From the NCBI GenBank assembly GCA_964345445.1, contig CAYFQT010000041.1:1-54994 (forward strand): a stretch of DNA of 54,994 nucleotides. The letters run 5' to 3'. The notes under the pieces are model-generated. The model ran no database searches and was not told the DNA's origin. It worked only from the letters and a program-made list of their open reading frames with translations. A program made the translations under genes and the position numbers. Positions 17,197 to 27,541 of the stretch are shown here, piece by piece; the stretch's first letter is position 1, and each line of letters opens with the position of its first letter. Origin of the DNA: an uncultured Candidatus Saccharibacteria bacterium (GTDB lineage Bacteria; Patescibacteriota; CPR2_A; CAYFQT01).

Positions 17197-18180
17197 ATGG
17201 AAAGAATTATCCGATTAGGTAAAGCAGTTTTAATTGTATGTGTTATTCTTTCTTTATTGTCTTGTGGAAAGCTTTCAACTAAATCAACAAAAGAAACTAC
17301 ATCTGATGATTCTAATTCTAATCCTATATCCGAACCTAAAACACCAGTTGTTACTCCAGACAAAAAAGTGCATGATTATTTAGAAAAGACAAAAGATCTG
17401 ATAGAAAAATCACAGTTAATAAAAGAAAAAATGCCTGCATGTGCGGATTTGAATAATTCATTTAATTGGGAAATTGATGTAAGCATAGATGATATTAATA
17501 ATTGGATAGCAGATTGCCAGGCGAAAAAACCAGTTTTTGAAGAAGTAAAAGCAATAAGTGATGAGGGTTTGGTGCAAGCAAATAGTATAGAAGCGCCAGA
17601 GGAATGCGCAGAATTAAAGCAAAAATATATTAATTTCTTTGATGAGACTTCAAAACATGCCCAACGAGGTATAGACTATTCAGATTATCTTGTAAACTTT
17701 TGTAACGCACACACACGACTTGCTCAAATACGTGATGATTTGAAAAGTTTTTCACCTAGTAGTACAAGTGCTGTTATTATAAAATTCAGAGAATTTCAGA
17801 ATAAATTGGTTGAGGCAAAAAATCAAATCGCCTTCTGTGGTGTTCCTAATGACTGCTCTGAATATCAAAATTCCATGATACTTTCTATAGATCTTCTTTA
17901 TGCTATGATAAATGAGCTTATTTCAGCAGTTCAAGCCCAAAGTATAACCCGCATAAAGCAAATTGAAGATGATTATTTGCCAAAATTAGATGATGCGGAC
18001 TCGACAATGGTTAATGCTAACAGTAATTTTAATAAAACAGTTAGCGCTTTAGACACAAAACTTTCTGATTTGGCTGGAGAAGTCAACAATGAATTAGATA
18101 ATTTGACATCAGAGTATGATATAGATCTTGAAGTAGAAGAATTTTTCAGCACCCCTTCTGCCGAAGATCTTACTTATTAG
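17197..18180 (+). CDS. Helical lipoprotein, paralogue of 12956-13873
   Basis: Lipobox LLSC, S/T/P linker, shared Cys pattern. Confidence 0.75.
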   Translation: MERIIRLGKAVLIVCVILSLLSCGKLSTKSTKETTSDDSNSNPISEPKTPVVTPDKKVHDYLEKTKDLIEKSQLIKEKMPACADLNNSFNWEIDVSIDDINNWIADCQAKKPVFEEVKAISDEGLVQANSIEAPEECAELKQKYINFFDETSKHAQRGIDYSDYLVNFCNAHTRLAQIRDDLKSFSPSSTSAVIIKFREFQNKLVEAKNQIAFCGVPNDCSEYQNSMILSIDLLYAMINELISAVQAQSITRIKQIEDDYLPKLDDADSTMVNANSNFNKTVSALDTKLSDLAGEVNNELDNLTSEYDIDLEVEEFFSTPSAEDLTY

Positions 18181-18294
18181 AACTAATCGTCATCCAAAAA
18201 TCAAGGCCCTTGGTAGAAAATCCATTTCTATGGAGAGTAACTACTGAGGGCTTATTTTTTTGTTTTTAAAGCTTTATTGATATATAATAAAAAT

Positions 18295-19173
18295 ATGGAT
18301 GTGATTGAAGTGAAAAATTTAAAAAAATACTTCGGCAAGACTAAAGCTGTTGATGACATCTCCTTTGAAGTTAGGCAAGGAGAGATTTTTGGTTTTCTAG
18401 GTCCTAATGGTGCAGGAAAAACAACTACTATTCGTTGTATAATGGATTTTATCAGGCCAACTTCTGGCCAAATTTTTATTTCCGGACATAATACCCAAAA
18501 AGATTCAGTTTACCTAAAAAGGAAAATTGGTTATCTTTCCGGCGAGGTTAGACTTTATGAAAAATGGAGGGGGCAAGAACACATCGACTTTATTGAAAAA
18601 ATCAAAGGCAAATCTGAAATTGTAGATAGTCTTATAAAAAAACTTGATTTTGACCCTAAAATAAAGACCAAACATTTATCTTCTGGCAACAAACAAAAGC
18701 TTGGTTTAATTTTGGCTTTAATGCACCAGCCAGAGGTTTTAATTATGGACGAACCCACATTGGGGTTAGATCCACTATTGCAAAACACTATTTATGATAT
18801 TCTAGAAAAGTTTAAAGAAAAAGGTTCAACTATTTTTATGTCTTCTCATATTTTGCCAGAGGTAGAACGGGTCTGTGACCGAGCAGGGATTATTAAAGAA
18901 GGAAAATTAGTGGGAATTGAAACTATTGAAGAATTAGGAGAGAAAAGATTACGCAGAATTGAAGTGCGCTTTAGAGATGAATACAAAAAATCAGATTTTG
19001 ATTTTGACGGGGTGGAAAAAATTGAAGAAATTAAGGGCGGCCTAATTCTAACTGTCCGCGGAGACATTAATCCTATAGTCAAAAAAATTGCAGATTATAA
19101 TTTGCATGATTTAGAAATTTCCCACGCTACTTTAGAAGATGTCTTTTTGGAATTTTATGAAAAACAACACTAA
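18295..19173 (+). CDS. ABC-2 type exporter ATP-binding protein
   Basis: GPNGAGKTT, LSSGN, VLIMDEPT, SSH; ATG 6 nt after TATAAT, so probably leaderless. Confidence 0.95.
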   Translation: MDVIEVKNLKKYFGKTKAVDDISFEVRQGEIFGFLGPNGAGKTTTIRCIMDFIRPTSGQIFISGHNTQKDSVYLKRKIGYLSGEVRLYEKWRGQEHIDFIEKIKGKSEIVDSLIKKLDFDPKIKTKHLSSGNKQKLGLILALMHQPEVLIMDEPTLGLDPLLQNTIYDILEKFKEKGSTIFMSSHILPEVERVCDRAGIIKEGKLVGIETIEELGEKRLRRIEVRFRDEYKKSDFDFDGVEKIEEIKGGLILTVRGDINPIVKKIADYNLHDLEISHATLEDVFLEFYEKQH

Positions 19174-19238
19174 TTAGACACGAATAAAATAGCACGAATT
19201 AACACGAATAAAATGATTAAATTTTTTGGAGAAAAATA

Positions 19239-20048
19239 ATGTTCACAATTTTTTGGAGGACAATAAAAAATAGAAAAACCTCACTCATTGCCTATAGTTT
19301 AGGTGCTGTTGGATTGCTATGGATGATTTTAGCTATTTATCCACTGTTTGCAGAAAGACAAGCGGACCTTGAAAAATTCATTCAGGCATATCCAGAAGAG
19401 ATTTTTACGGCAATGGGATTGGACGTGGCTGAATTCACTTTAGATACTGTAGAGTCATGGGTAGCTGTTGAACACTTAAGCCTGATGTGGCCGATAATGG
19501 CCATAATTATGGTTGTTGCTTTTGGCGGGGCGATAATTGCCGGCGAGATTGAAAAAGGTACCATTGAAACTATTTTGGCCCAACCGATATCACGACTGAA
19601 GATCTATTTTAGCAAATATTTAGCCGGTGTGATTAGCTTACTTATCTTTGTTATCGTTTCACTTTATGCAATTATACCTCTAGCTTACTTGCATGATATT
19701 GATTATAAAATCGAAAATTGGACGACATTTGCAATCTTAGGATTCTTCTTTAGTCTGGCTATTTTTAGTCTTTCCATGCTGGCCTCATCTATATTTTCAG
19801 AAAAAGGCAAATCAAATTTTACTATTGGCGGAATTATTCTGCTGATGTATGCGGTAGATATTATTGCTAATTTTAAAGAGAGCCTGAAGGATTTGAAATA
19901 TTTATCATTTTTTCATTATTTTGATTATTCTGCGGCAATGAATAAAAATACATTAGATGAAACAGCAATTTGGGTATTTTTAGGAGTCTCGGTTGTAGCT
20001 ACGATCTTGGGTGCGGTATGGTTTATACGCAGAGATATAGCAGCATAA
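19239..20048 (+). CDS. ABC-2 type permease
   Basis: About six TMs; IAGEIEKGTIETILAQPISR motif. Confidence 0.9.
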   Translation: MFTIFWRTIKNRKTSLIAYSLGAVGLLWMILAIYPLFAERQADLEKFIQAYPEEIFTAMGLDVAEFTLDTVESWVAVEHLSLMWPIMAIIMVVAFGGAIIAGEIEKGTIETILAQPISRLKIYFSKYLAGVISLLIFVIVSLYAIIPLAYLHDIDYKIENWTTFAILGFFFSLAIFSLSMLASSIFSEKGKSNFTIGGIILLMYAVDIIANFKESLKDLKYLSFFHYFDYSAAMNKNTLDETAIWVFLGVSVVATILGAVWFIRRDIAA

Positions 20049-20100
20049 TCAACTGTTAGAGTATTAGAGGCCTGTTTTCTAACAAGTTTCCCTTAGGTTT

Positions 20101-20336
20101 AATACACTTCAACACCTGGTGTTGAAGTATCTGAAATTGACTTCTTCCACCTCGGAGGTGTAATTTTGGTGATTATGAAATAAAACTTGACATTTAAATT
20201 AAAGGAGATATTATAAAAGCAAATAAAATAAATATAGTATTCTGTGGATAAAATAAAAATAAATTAATTTATTCCTGTGGGTTATCCTAAGGGGGTAAAT
20301 TAATTTTTTTATTGTAAATTTTCGATCTTTAACATT
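20101..20336 (+). repeat. Duplicated REP-pair/promoter/leader block, copy 1 (copy 2 at 21813-22037)
   Basis: Near-identical first ~115 bp containing TCAACAC..GTGTTGA, CACCTCGGAGGTG and TTGACA-17-TATTAT. Confidence 0.9.
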
Positions 20337-20426
20337 AAAAAACAGGAATATTTAAAGGAGGGATTCTTTATTGTTTTTTAAACAACCTAAAGACTATTGA
20401 ATCAATATTCTTAAAGGGTGATAAAA

Positions 20427-21485
20427 ATGAAAATCGTACAAATAGCACCGGTTTGGTATACAATTTCATCTAGGGAGAATGGAAATATCGGGTCTGTTAT
20501 TCATCTTTTAACCGAAGGATTAATAGCACGAGAAAATAATGTAATATTGTTCGCCTCCGGCGATTCTGATACTCATGCAGATCTTCGTTCGGTTTTTGAC
20601 AAAAGCCCTTGTGAACAAATAGAACAATTTTTTCCTGATCTCCTTCATGTTTCGAATGCCTATAAAAACACAGATGGATCTGATATTATTCATGATCACA
20701 GCGGAATGATAGGGCCAGCAATCGGATCAATGGCAAAAATTCCAGTCTTACATACTCTTTATGGACCTGCAACTAATAATGCAAAACGTTTGTACATTAG
20801 TCTAAACCATGGCATTTTTTTCAATGCTATATCAGAATATCAAAAAAAATGCTTTGGTGATTTAAACTTTATAGACACTATTTACAATGCAATTGATACT
20901 GAAGACTATCCTTTTATGGAAGACAAAGAAGATTATCTTTTGTTTCTGGGGCAGATGAATAGTCAAAAAGGAGCTCATCTTGCTATTGAAGTGGCTAAAA
21001 GACTAAATATGGAGTTGAAGTTGGTCACCAAAATAGAAAAACCACAGGAAAAGAAATTTTTTAGTGAATATATCGAACCCAATATGACCAATAAATGTGA
21101 AATAATTGGCGAAATAAGTCATGAAGAAAAAACGAAAATTTATGCAAAAGCTAAATGTACTTTATACCCAACTCAACAGCCTGAACCATTTGATTTATCT
21201 ATGATTGAATCTATGGCATGTGGTACGCCTGTTATAGCTATCAAAGAAGGAGCTGCTCCGGAAATAATATTTGAGGGAGAGACAGGATATCTTATTCTTA
21301 ATGACATTGATGAAATGTGTAATGCTGTAAAGAAAATAGATAAGATCTATCCTTGGAAATGCCGCAGGCATGTAGTTGAAAATTTCTCAGTTGAAATAAT
21401 GGTCCATAAATACGAAAAGGCTTACGAGCAAATTTTAAACAAATATATAGCTAATTCTTCCTTTGACCGATTAAAAAGAATATAA
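20427..21485 (+). CDS. Glycosyltransferase family 4
   Basis: MKIVQIAP, DIIHDH, EPFDLSMIESMACGTPVIA. Confidence 0.9.
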   Translation: MKIVQIAPVWYTISSRENGNIGSVIHLLTEGLIARENNVILFASGDSDTHADLRSVFDKSPCEQIEQFFPDLLHVSNAYKNTDGSDIIHDHSGMIGPAIGSMAKIPVLHTLYGPATNNAKRLYISLNHGIFFNAISEYQKKCFGDLNFIDTIYNAIDTEDYPFMEDKEDYLLFLGQMNSQKGAHLAIEVAKRLNMELKLVTKIEKPQEKKFFSEYIEPNMTNKCEIIGEISHEEKTKIYAKAKCTLYPTQQPEPFDLSMIESMACGTPVIAIKEGAAPEIIFEGETGYLILNDIDEMCNAVKKIDKIYPWKCRRHVVENFSVEIMVHKYEKAYEQILNKYIANSSFDRLKRI

Positions 21486-21812
21486 ATGTGGGGCGTACAT
21501 ATACTTATAAATGCAATATTTTCCAACTATATCAAAATACCAAAAATCACAATTTATTTGAAATTCACAATAGAATATATAGCATCATTACAACCAGCCC
21601 CCGCCAAATTTTGGAGCCCTTGGCTTTTTACCTAACTAAGCCCTGGGCTCTTTTTTATACACGAATTATTACAAAATTTTGTGCGAAAAATCACTAAAAT
21701 TATATAAATTTCCAATAACCAAAGCAGAATGAGGAATAAAGCTCAAATGAATAAAATTTTCTTAATTGTTAATTGGGCATTGGTCATTTTTCTCAATATA
21801 GTATAATCAGTA

Positions 21813-22037
21813 AATACATTTCAACACCGGGTGTTGAAATATCTGAAATTGACTTCTTCCACCTCGGAGGTGTAATTTTGGTGGTTATGAAATAAAACTT
21901 GACATTTAAATTAAGGGGGATATTATAAAATCAAACATACAAACAAATATAATTCTTGGGGATAAAATAAAAACAAATTAATTTATTCCTTGTGGGGTAA
22001 ATTAATTTTTTTATTGTAAATTTTCGATCTTTGACAT
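21813..22037 (+). repeat. Duplicated REP-pair/promoter/leader block, copy 2
   Basis: Homologous to 20101-20336. Confidence 0.9.
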
Positions 22038-22063
22038 AAAAATAACAGGCAAGGATAATATAC

Positions 22064-22150
22064 AAAATGGTAGAAGGTTATGAAGAAGTCTACAAAAATG
22101 TTATCCAAGAAAAAAACAAAACAAGGCCTTGCCTTATTACTGTAAAATAG
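22064..22150 (+). pseudogene. 3'-terminal remnant of a paralogous GT4 gene
   Basis: KMVEGYEEVYKNVIQEK aligns with IMVHKYEKAYEQILNK of the upstream GT4; followed by a duplicated terminator (22301-22364 vs 21597-21658). Confidence 0.65.
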
Positions 22151-22674
22151 AATAAAAATATGGGGGGCAAAAGCACCACAAATATAACATTTTCCAACTC
22201 ATATTCAAGGAGAGAAATAGCAAAGGGGAAAATTAAGTTTTTAGTAATGTCTAACCAATGATCAAGGTTCAAACTAGTAAATCCAGCATTTTCCCAGCTT
22301 GCCCCCCGCCCATTTTTGGAGCTCTTGGCTTTTTACCTAACTAAGCCTTTGGCTCCTTTTTTATTAATTACGGATTTATACGAATAGGTTATTTCATAAA
22401 GAATTTTACTTTCAGTAAAATTACAGCATTCTTATTTGCATCGTTTTTACTGAAATCGAATATAAAAATTGTCATTGTTTTACTTATTTCCGCTCGCGAA
22501 TTATTACAAATATTATAATATTTAATGTATAATCAAGATGGTTACTGATTTTCACGAATATTATATTTATAATGAGTGACTCTATCATCCACTTCCAGTT
22601 CCGATAGGGTCTCGGTCTCTGTAAGGAGCTAAGCTCCTTGTAATGAATGGGTAACAGAGACCTCGAGAGTATAT

Positions 22675-25293
22675 ATGGATTTTCATAATTTGTCTGTAAA
22701 AGAAATTTATAAAAAATTTAATACTTCACCCAAAGGTCTCAGCAGCAAAGAAGTAAAAAAAAGGCTTACAAAATTTGGCACAAATAAACTTCCTGAAGAA
22801 AAAAGGCTCACCAGTTTAGAAATTTTTATAAACCAATTTAAAAATCCTCTGATTTATATCTTGTTAGTCGCCGCTATAATTTCCTTTTTTCTAAATAAAA
22901 TGATAGATATGGGAGTTATCCTAGCAGCAGTTGTAATAAATACCATAGTGGGTTTTATTCAAGAAAACAAAGTAAATAAGGCTCTTTCAAAAATTAAAAA
23001 AATGGTGGAATATAAAACTTTTATTCTGCGAGAGGGTAAAGAAAAAAAAGTTGATGTCAGGCAAATAGTGCCTGGAGATATCATTCTTATCCAAAGTGGA
23101 GATAAAATTCCTGCTGACTGTAGATTGATAGATGTAAATGATCTTCAAGTTTCTGAGGCGCCTTTGACAGGAGAGTCTTTACCTGTTTCTAAAACAATCA
23201 AAACTTTAGATAAAGATCTACCCCTGCCAGATAGAGAAAATATGGTTTATATGGGTACTGAAGTTTTAAGAGGAAAAGGGAAAGCGGTTGTCTGTACCAC
23301 CGGGGTAAATACTCAGTTAGGAGAAATAGCTTCATTGGTCTCCAAAACAAAAGAAGATGCAACTCCTCTTCAAAAAAAATTAATTTCTTTTAGTAAATTA
23401 TTAAGCGTTTTTATATTGAGTATTTCTCTTATTATTCTATTGGTTGGAATTATTACAGGTAGAGATATCTTTGAGATGTTTTTAATCGCTGTTGCTGTTG
23501 CTGTTGCCGCCATTCCTGAAGGTCTGGTGGTTGCAGTAACTGTAATTTTGGCTATTGGCATGCAACGAATACTAAGAAAAAAAGCATTGGTAAGAAAATT
23601 AATTGCTGCAGAAACTTTAGGAAACACAACAGTGATTTGTTCTGACAAAACAGGTACTCTAACAGAAGGAGAAATGCGGGTGGCTGAAATTTTAACTGAG
23701 GATAAAGAAAGCTATCTGTTAGCTTTAAAAATCGGCATGTTATGCAATAATGCTATTATTGAAAATCCTAATGTTCCATTTAAAAATTGGGCTATTTTAG
23801 CAAGCCCTACAGAAAAATCTTTAATTTTAGCTGGCGGAAAGAAAGGATTGAAAAAAGAAATTTTAGAAAAAAGAATGCCTCGTTTAGATGAAATTCCCTT
23901 CGATCCAGATTTAAAATATATGGCTACCCTTAATAAATTAAATGAAAGCAATAACATTATTTATGTTAAAGGAGCGCCAGAGGTGATTATTTCTTTCTCT
24001 TCTTCTATACATACTAATGGTTCAATAAAAACATTAGACAATATCCAAAGAAAAAAACTAAAGGAAAAATATGAAAAATTAACCAAAAAAGGTTTGCGAG
24101 TCCTAGCAGCAGCTTATAAAAAAGTGCCAAAAAATACAAAAACTTTCAGAGATATGGATAATTCTTTTTCTGACTTAGTGTTTGTAGGATTTTTTGCTCT
24201 ATCTGATCCTCTGCGTAAAGAAGCAAAAAAGACCATTGAATTATGTAAAAAATCAGGACTTAGACCAATTATTGTCACTGGAGATCACAAACTTACAGCT
24301 CATAATATTGCTTTTGAAGTGGGAATTGAAGCAGAAGAAAAAAATATTCTACAAGGAAAAGATTTAGATAAATTAAGTGATTCTAAACTTAAAGATAAAG
24401 TAAGTGATATTAATATTTATGCTAGGGTTTCCCCTAAGCATAAATTACGCATTGTGGATGCTTGGCAGGAAAAAGGTGAGGTAGTAGCTATGAGTGGAGA
24501 TGGAGTCAACGATGCTCCGGCTCTAAAATCGGCAGATATTGGAATAGCTTTAGGATCAGGCACTGATGTAGCAAAAGAAACTTCTGATATGATTCTCCTA
24601 GATAATAATTTTGCTATTATTGTAGCCGCTATAGAACAAGGAAGGGTTATTTTTGATAATATAAAAAAAGTGGTTTTATACCTACTGTCTGACAGTTTCT
24701 CTGAGGTATTTATAATTCTATCTAGTTTATTTTTAGGGCTGCCCTTACCCCTTTTAGCCCCCCAAATTTTGTGGATTAACTTAGTTACTGATGGCTTTCC
24801 AGATATTGCTTTGACTGTAGAACCAGAAGAAAAAGAGGTGATGTCTGAACCTCCTCGAAAATCCAAATCCCCTATTTTGGATTTGGAGATGAAAGTGCTT
24901 ATTGTTCTAATCAGCTTTATAACTGGAATAGGAACTTTAGGAATATTTTATTGGGTATTAAAAACTTCCGGGGGGGATATTGAAAAAGCTCGTACAGTAG
25001 CTTTTGCTTCTTTAGGGATTGACTCTTTGCTTTATGTTTTTTCTTGTCGTTCTTTAAGACATTCAATATTACAAAAAAATATCTTTTCTAATAAATATTT
25101 ACTTGCAGCTTGTGCCGTAGGAGCCTTTTTGCAATTTTCGGCTATCTATGTACCTTTTTTGCAAAAAATACTCTCTTGTGTGCCGTTAGGATGGTCAGAA
25201 TGGAAAATAATCTTATTAGTTTGCCTGGGAGTTATAGTTGCCATTGAAATTACTAAGTGGATATTTATAGTGAAAAAAAGAGGGCAGAGATAA
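22675..25293 (+). CDS. P-type ATPase, type IIA (Ca2+-transporting-like)
   Basis: TGES, IPEGL, DKTGT, KGAPE, GDGVND, WINLVTD. Confidence 0.95.
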   Translation: MDFHNLSVKEIYKKFNTSPKGLSSKEVKKRLTKFGTNKLPEEKRLTSLEIFINQFKNPLIYILLVAAIISFFLNKMIDMGVILAAVVINTIVGFIQENKVNKALSKIKKMVEYKTFILREGKEKKVDVRQIVPGDIILIQSGDKIPADCRLIDVNDLQVSEAPLTGESLPVSKTIKTLDKDLPLPDRENMVYMGTEVLRGKGKAVVCTTGVNTQLGEIASLVSKTKEDATPLQKKLISFSKLLSVFILSISLIILLVGIITGRDIFEMFLIAVAVAVAAIPEGLVVAVTVILAIGMQRILRKKALVRKLIAAETLGNTTVICSDKTGTLTEGEMRVAEILTEDKESYLLALKIGMLCNNAIIENPNVPFKNWAILASPTEKSLILAGGKKGLKKEILEKRMPRLDEIPFDPDLKYMATLNKLNESNNIIYVKGAPEVIISFSSSIHTNGSIKTLDNIQRKKLKEKYEKLTKKGLRVLAAAYKKVPKNTKTFRDMDNSFSDLVFVGFFALSDPLRKEAKKTIELCKKSGLRPIIVTGDHKLTAHNIAFEVGIEAEEKNILQGKDLDKLSDSKLKDKVSDINIYARVSPKHKLRIVDAWQEKGEVVAMSGDGVNDAPALKSADIGIALGSGTDVAKETSDMILLDNNFAIIVAAIEQGRVIFDNIKKVVLYLLSDSFSEVFIILSSLFLGLPLPLLAPQILWINLVTDGFPDIALTVEPEEKEVMSEPPRKSKSPILDLEMKVLIVLISFITGIGTLGIFYWVLKTSGGDIEKARTVAFASLGIDSLLYVFSCRSLRHSILQKNIFSNKYLLAACAVGAFLQFSAIYVPFLQKILSCVPLGWSEWKIILLVCLGVIVAIEITKWIFIVKKRGQR

Positions 25294-25359
25294 GGAATAA
25301 GGGTAGCTTAACTTTTGGATTAAATTGAAGTAAAATAAAAAATGGCAGAAATTTTTATT

Positions 25360-25620
25360 ATGTATTATACTTATATTCTAATAAGCCTAAAAGATAGAAA
25401 ATTCTATATCGGAAGTACATCCAATTTAAAAATTAGAGTTGATCAACATAATAAAGGGAAAGTAGAATCAACAGCTAAAAGAAGACCTCTTAAGTTAATA
25501 TATTACGAATGTTATTTGAAGAAAGAAGATACTTTGAGGAATGAAAATTATTATAAAACTACCAAAGGGAGAGAAGATCTAAAAAAGAAGATAAAAAGTT
25601 GGTTAGATGGGGGCCTGTAG
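25360..25620 (+). CDS. GIY-YIG nuclease family protein
   Basis: YYTYIL..YIGSTSNL..R..QHN; stop codon lies inside the downstream tRNA. Confidence 0.85.
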   Translation: MYYTYILISLKDRKFYIGSTSNLKIRVDQHNKGKVESTAKRRPLKLIYYECYLKKEDTLRNENYYKTTKGREDLKKKIKSWLDGGL

Positions 25621-25682
25621 CTCAACGGTAGAGCAACCGGCTCATAACCGGTAGGTTTCCCGTTCAAATCGGGACAGGCCCA
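25611..25682 (+). tRNA. tRNA with CAU anticodon, probably tRNA-Ile2 (lysidine)
   Basis: Full cloverleaf; GGGCCTG/CAGGCCC acceptor; ACCGG-CTCATAA-CCGGT; resembles Ile2-type tRNAs; CCA not encoded. Confidence 0.85.
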
Positions 25683-25685
25683 TTA

Positions 25686-25768
25686 TGTTCAGTAGCTCAG
25701 TGGTCAGCCCAGAAAGCTTTCTGGGCATAACCGGTAGGTCGTAGGTTCAAATCCTACTGGGCTCACCA
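25686..25768 (+). pseudogene. Disrupted tRNA(CAU) copy with palindrome insertion
   Basis: TAGCTCAGTGGTCAG, then GCCCAGAAAGCTTTCTGGGC in place of the 5' anticodon stem, then CATAACCGGTAGG, an intact T-arm and ACCA. Confidence 0.75.
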
Positions 25769-25807
25769 AGTGCGCGCTATTCGAACATTAAACAAAAAGG
25801 TATAACC

Positions 25808-26209
25808 ATGCGGCGAAAAAAAATTTCTCTTCCAATTTCAAAATTTTTAACAGTAGTTGCTTTTTTAATTGTAATTTATGCTATATTTGGCCTTTCTCGG
25901 ACTATCTGGCAAAGTTATAAAATAAAAAAACAAATGAAATCTCTAGAAAAAGAGATTGAATATCTAGAAGCAGAAAATACAAAGCTTTCTAATTTAATTG
26001 ACTATTATAAGACAGAAACTTATAAAGAAAAAGAAGCCCGCCGACTCCTAGGATATCAAAAACCAGGGGAAAAAGTGGTCATTATTCCAGAAGCAGAAAA
26101 AGAAAATCAGGAAGACAAAAAACAAAATGGCCAGAATCAAGAAATGGAAGAAGATAGCAAAAATAATTATCAAAAATGGTGGAATTTCTTCTTTGAAGAA
26201 CGCGAATAA
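25808..26209 (+). CDS. ftsB: Septum formation initiator FtsB/DivIC
   Basis: TM, coiled coil, EKEARRLLGYQKPGEKVVII. Confidence 0.8.
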   Translation: MRRKKISLPISKFLTVVAFLIVIYAIFGLSRTIWQSYKIKKQMKSLEKEIEYLEAENTKLSNLIDYYKTETYKEKEARRLLGYQKPGEKVVIIPEAEKENQEDKKQNGQNQEMEEDSKNNYQKWWNFFFEERE

Positions 26210-26410
26210 TTACAAAACTTAACACTAAAATTCACTAAATTTTAAAAGCCAAAATTCGAAGCCTTAAATAACAAATTCAATCCAAATGACAAATCAATGA
26301 CTAAATTACTAAATTTTTAAATATTTTTGACATTTGACATTCAATTGAAATTTAGATTTTGACATTTAACATTTATTTATATTATTTAGGATTTATATAA
26401 AGGAGATACA

Positions 26411-27478
26411 ATGTATGCTTTAATTATGGCCGGAGGTGCAGGAACACGTCTTTGGCCTAAATCTCGTAAAGAACATCCTAAACAACTTCATAGTTTAGTA
26501 ACTAAAAATTCTTTAATTCAAGAAACAGTATCTTTAATAAAACCATTGGTCCCCCTTGAAAAAATCTGGATTGTAACCAATAAAAATTATGTTGACAAAA
26601 TCAAAAAACAAATCCCCAAAGTCCCCCAAAAAAATATCATTTGTGAATCTCATCCTTTGGGAACTGCCTGTGCTGTTGGGCTAGGAATGATTAAACTAAA
26701 AAAAATAGACCCTTTGGGAAAAGTGGTTGTTTTGTGGTCTGACAGCCATATTCAGAAGAAGAAAAGATTTATTTCTGTTTTAAAATTAGCTGAAAAAGTT
26801 GCCCAGAAAACTCCTGGGGTAATTATTGGTGTTAATCCTACCTTTCCTTCTGTAGCCTACGGCTATATTCAAATGGGTTCAGATATTAGACAATTTGGCA
26901 AAATGAAAGTTTTTAAAATAAAGAAATTTATCGAAAAACCTGATATTAAAAAAGCAGAGGATTTTTTAGACAGCTGGGAATATCTATGGAATCCAGGAAT
27001 TTCTGTATGGGAGATATCAAAATTTTTAGGTCTATTTAAGAAATTTTTACCCAAACATTCCAAAGCTTTAGCAAAAGTTGAAAAAGTCTTAGATACAAAA
27101 AAAGAACAAAAAGTAATGGCATATGAGTTTAAAAATTTGGGTCCTATTCCTATAGATTATGCTATTTATGAAAGAGCCAAAAATTTAGCTGTCGTCCCTG
27201 CAGACCTAGGCTGGAGTGATATAGGGAATTGGGCTGCATTAAAAGATCTTTTATCTAAAACAAAAGAAGGCAATGTAGTAAAAGGAGAATATATAGGAAT
27301 TGATACCTCAGGTTCTTTAATCCACGGATATGATCGATTAATAGTCACAGTAGGAATGAAAAATATAGTAATAGTGGATACTGATGATGTTATTTTAGTC
27401 TGCCCCAAAGATAGAGCCCAAGATGTAAAAAAAGTGATAGAAAAATTGAAAAAAGATGGAAAGGATAATTATTTGTAA
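26411..27478 (+). CDS. manC: Mannose-1-phosphate guanylyltransferase
   Basis: MAGGAGTRLWPKSR..PKQ, FIEKPD, GWSDIGNW. Confidence 0.9.
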   Translation: MYALIMAGGAGTRLWPKSRKEHPKQLHSLVTKNSLIQETVSLIKPLVPLEKIWIVTNKNYVDKIKKQIPKVPQKNIICESHPLGTACAVGLGMIKLKKIDPLGKVVVLWSDSHIQKKKRFISVLKLAEKVAQKTPGVIIGVNPTFPSVAYGYIQMGSDIRQFGKMKVFKIKKFIEKPDIKKAEDFLDSWEYLWNPGISVWEISKFLGLFKKFLPKHSKALAKVEKVLDTKKEQKVMAYEFKNLGPIPIDYAIYERAKNLAVVPADLGWSDIGNWAALKDLLSKTKEGNVVKGEYIGIDTSGSLIHGYDRLIVTVGMKNIVIVDTDDVILVCPKDRAQDVKKVIEKLKKDGKDNYL

Positions 27479-27541
27479 ATTTATTATTTCTTTCTTGTAT
27501 TTAAATATTAAAATATAATATAATAACTTTAAGGAATTATA

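Noticed and set aside
25774..25786. GCGCTATTCGAAC, a 12/13 match to the reverse complement of the cassette repeat
   Set aside because: Too short; about what chance would give in 55 kb.
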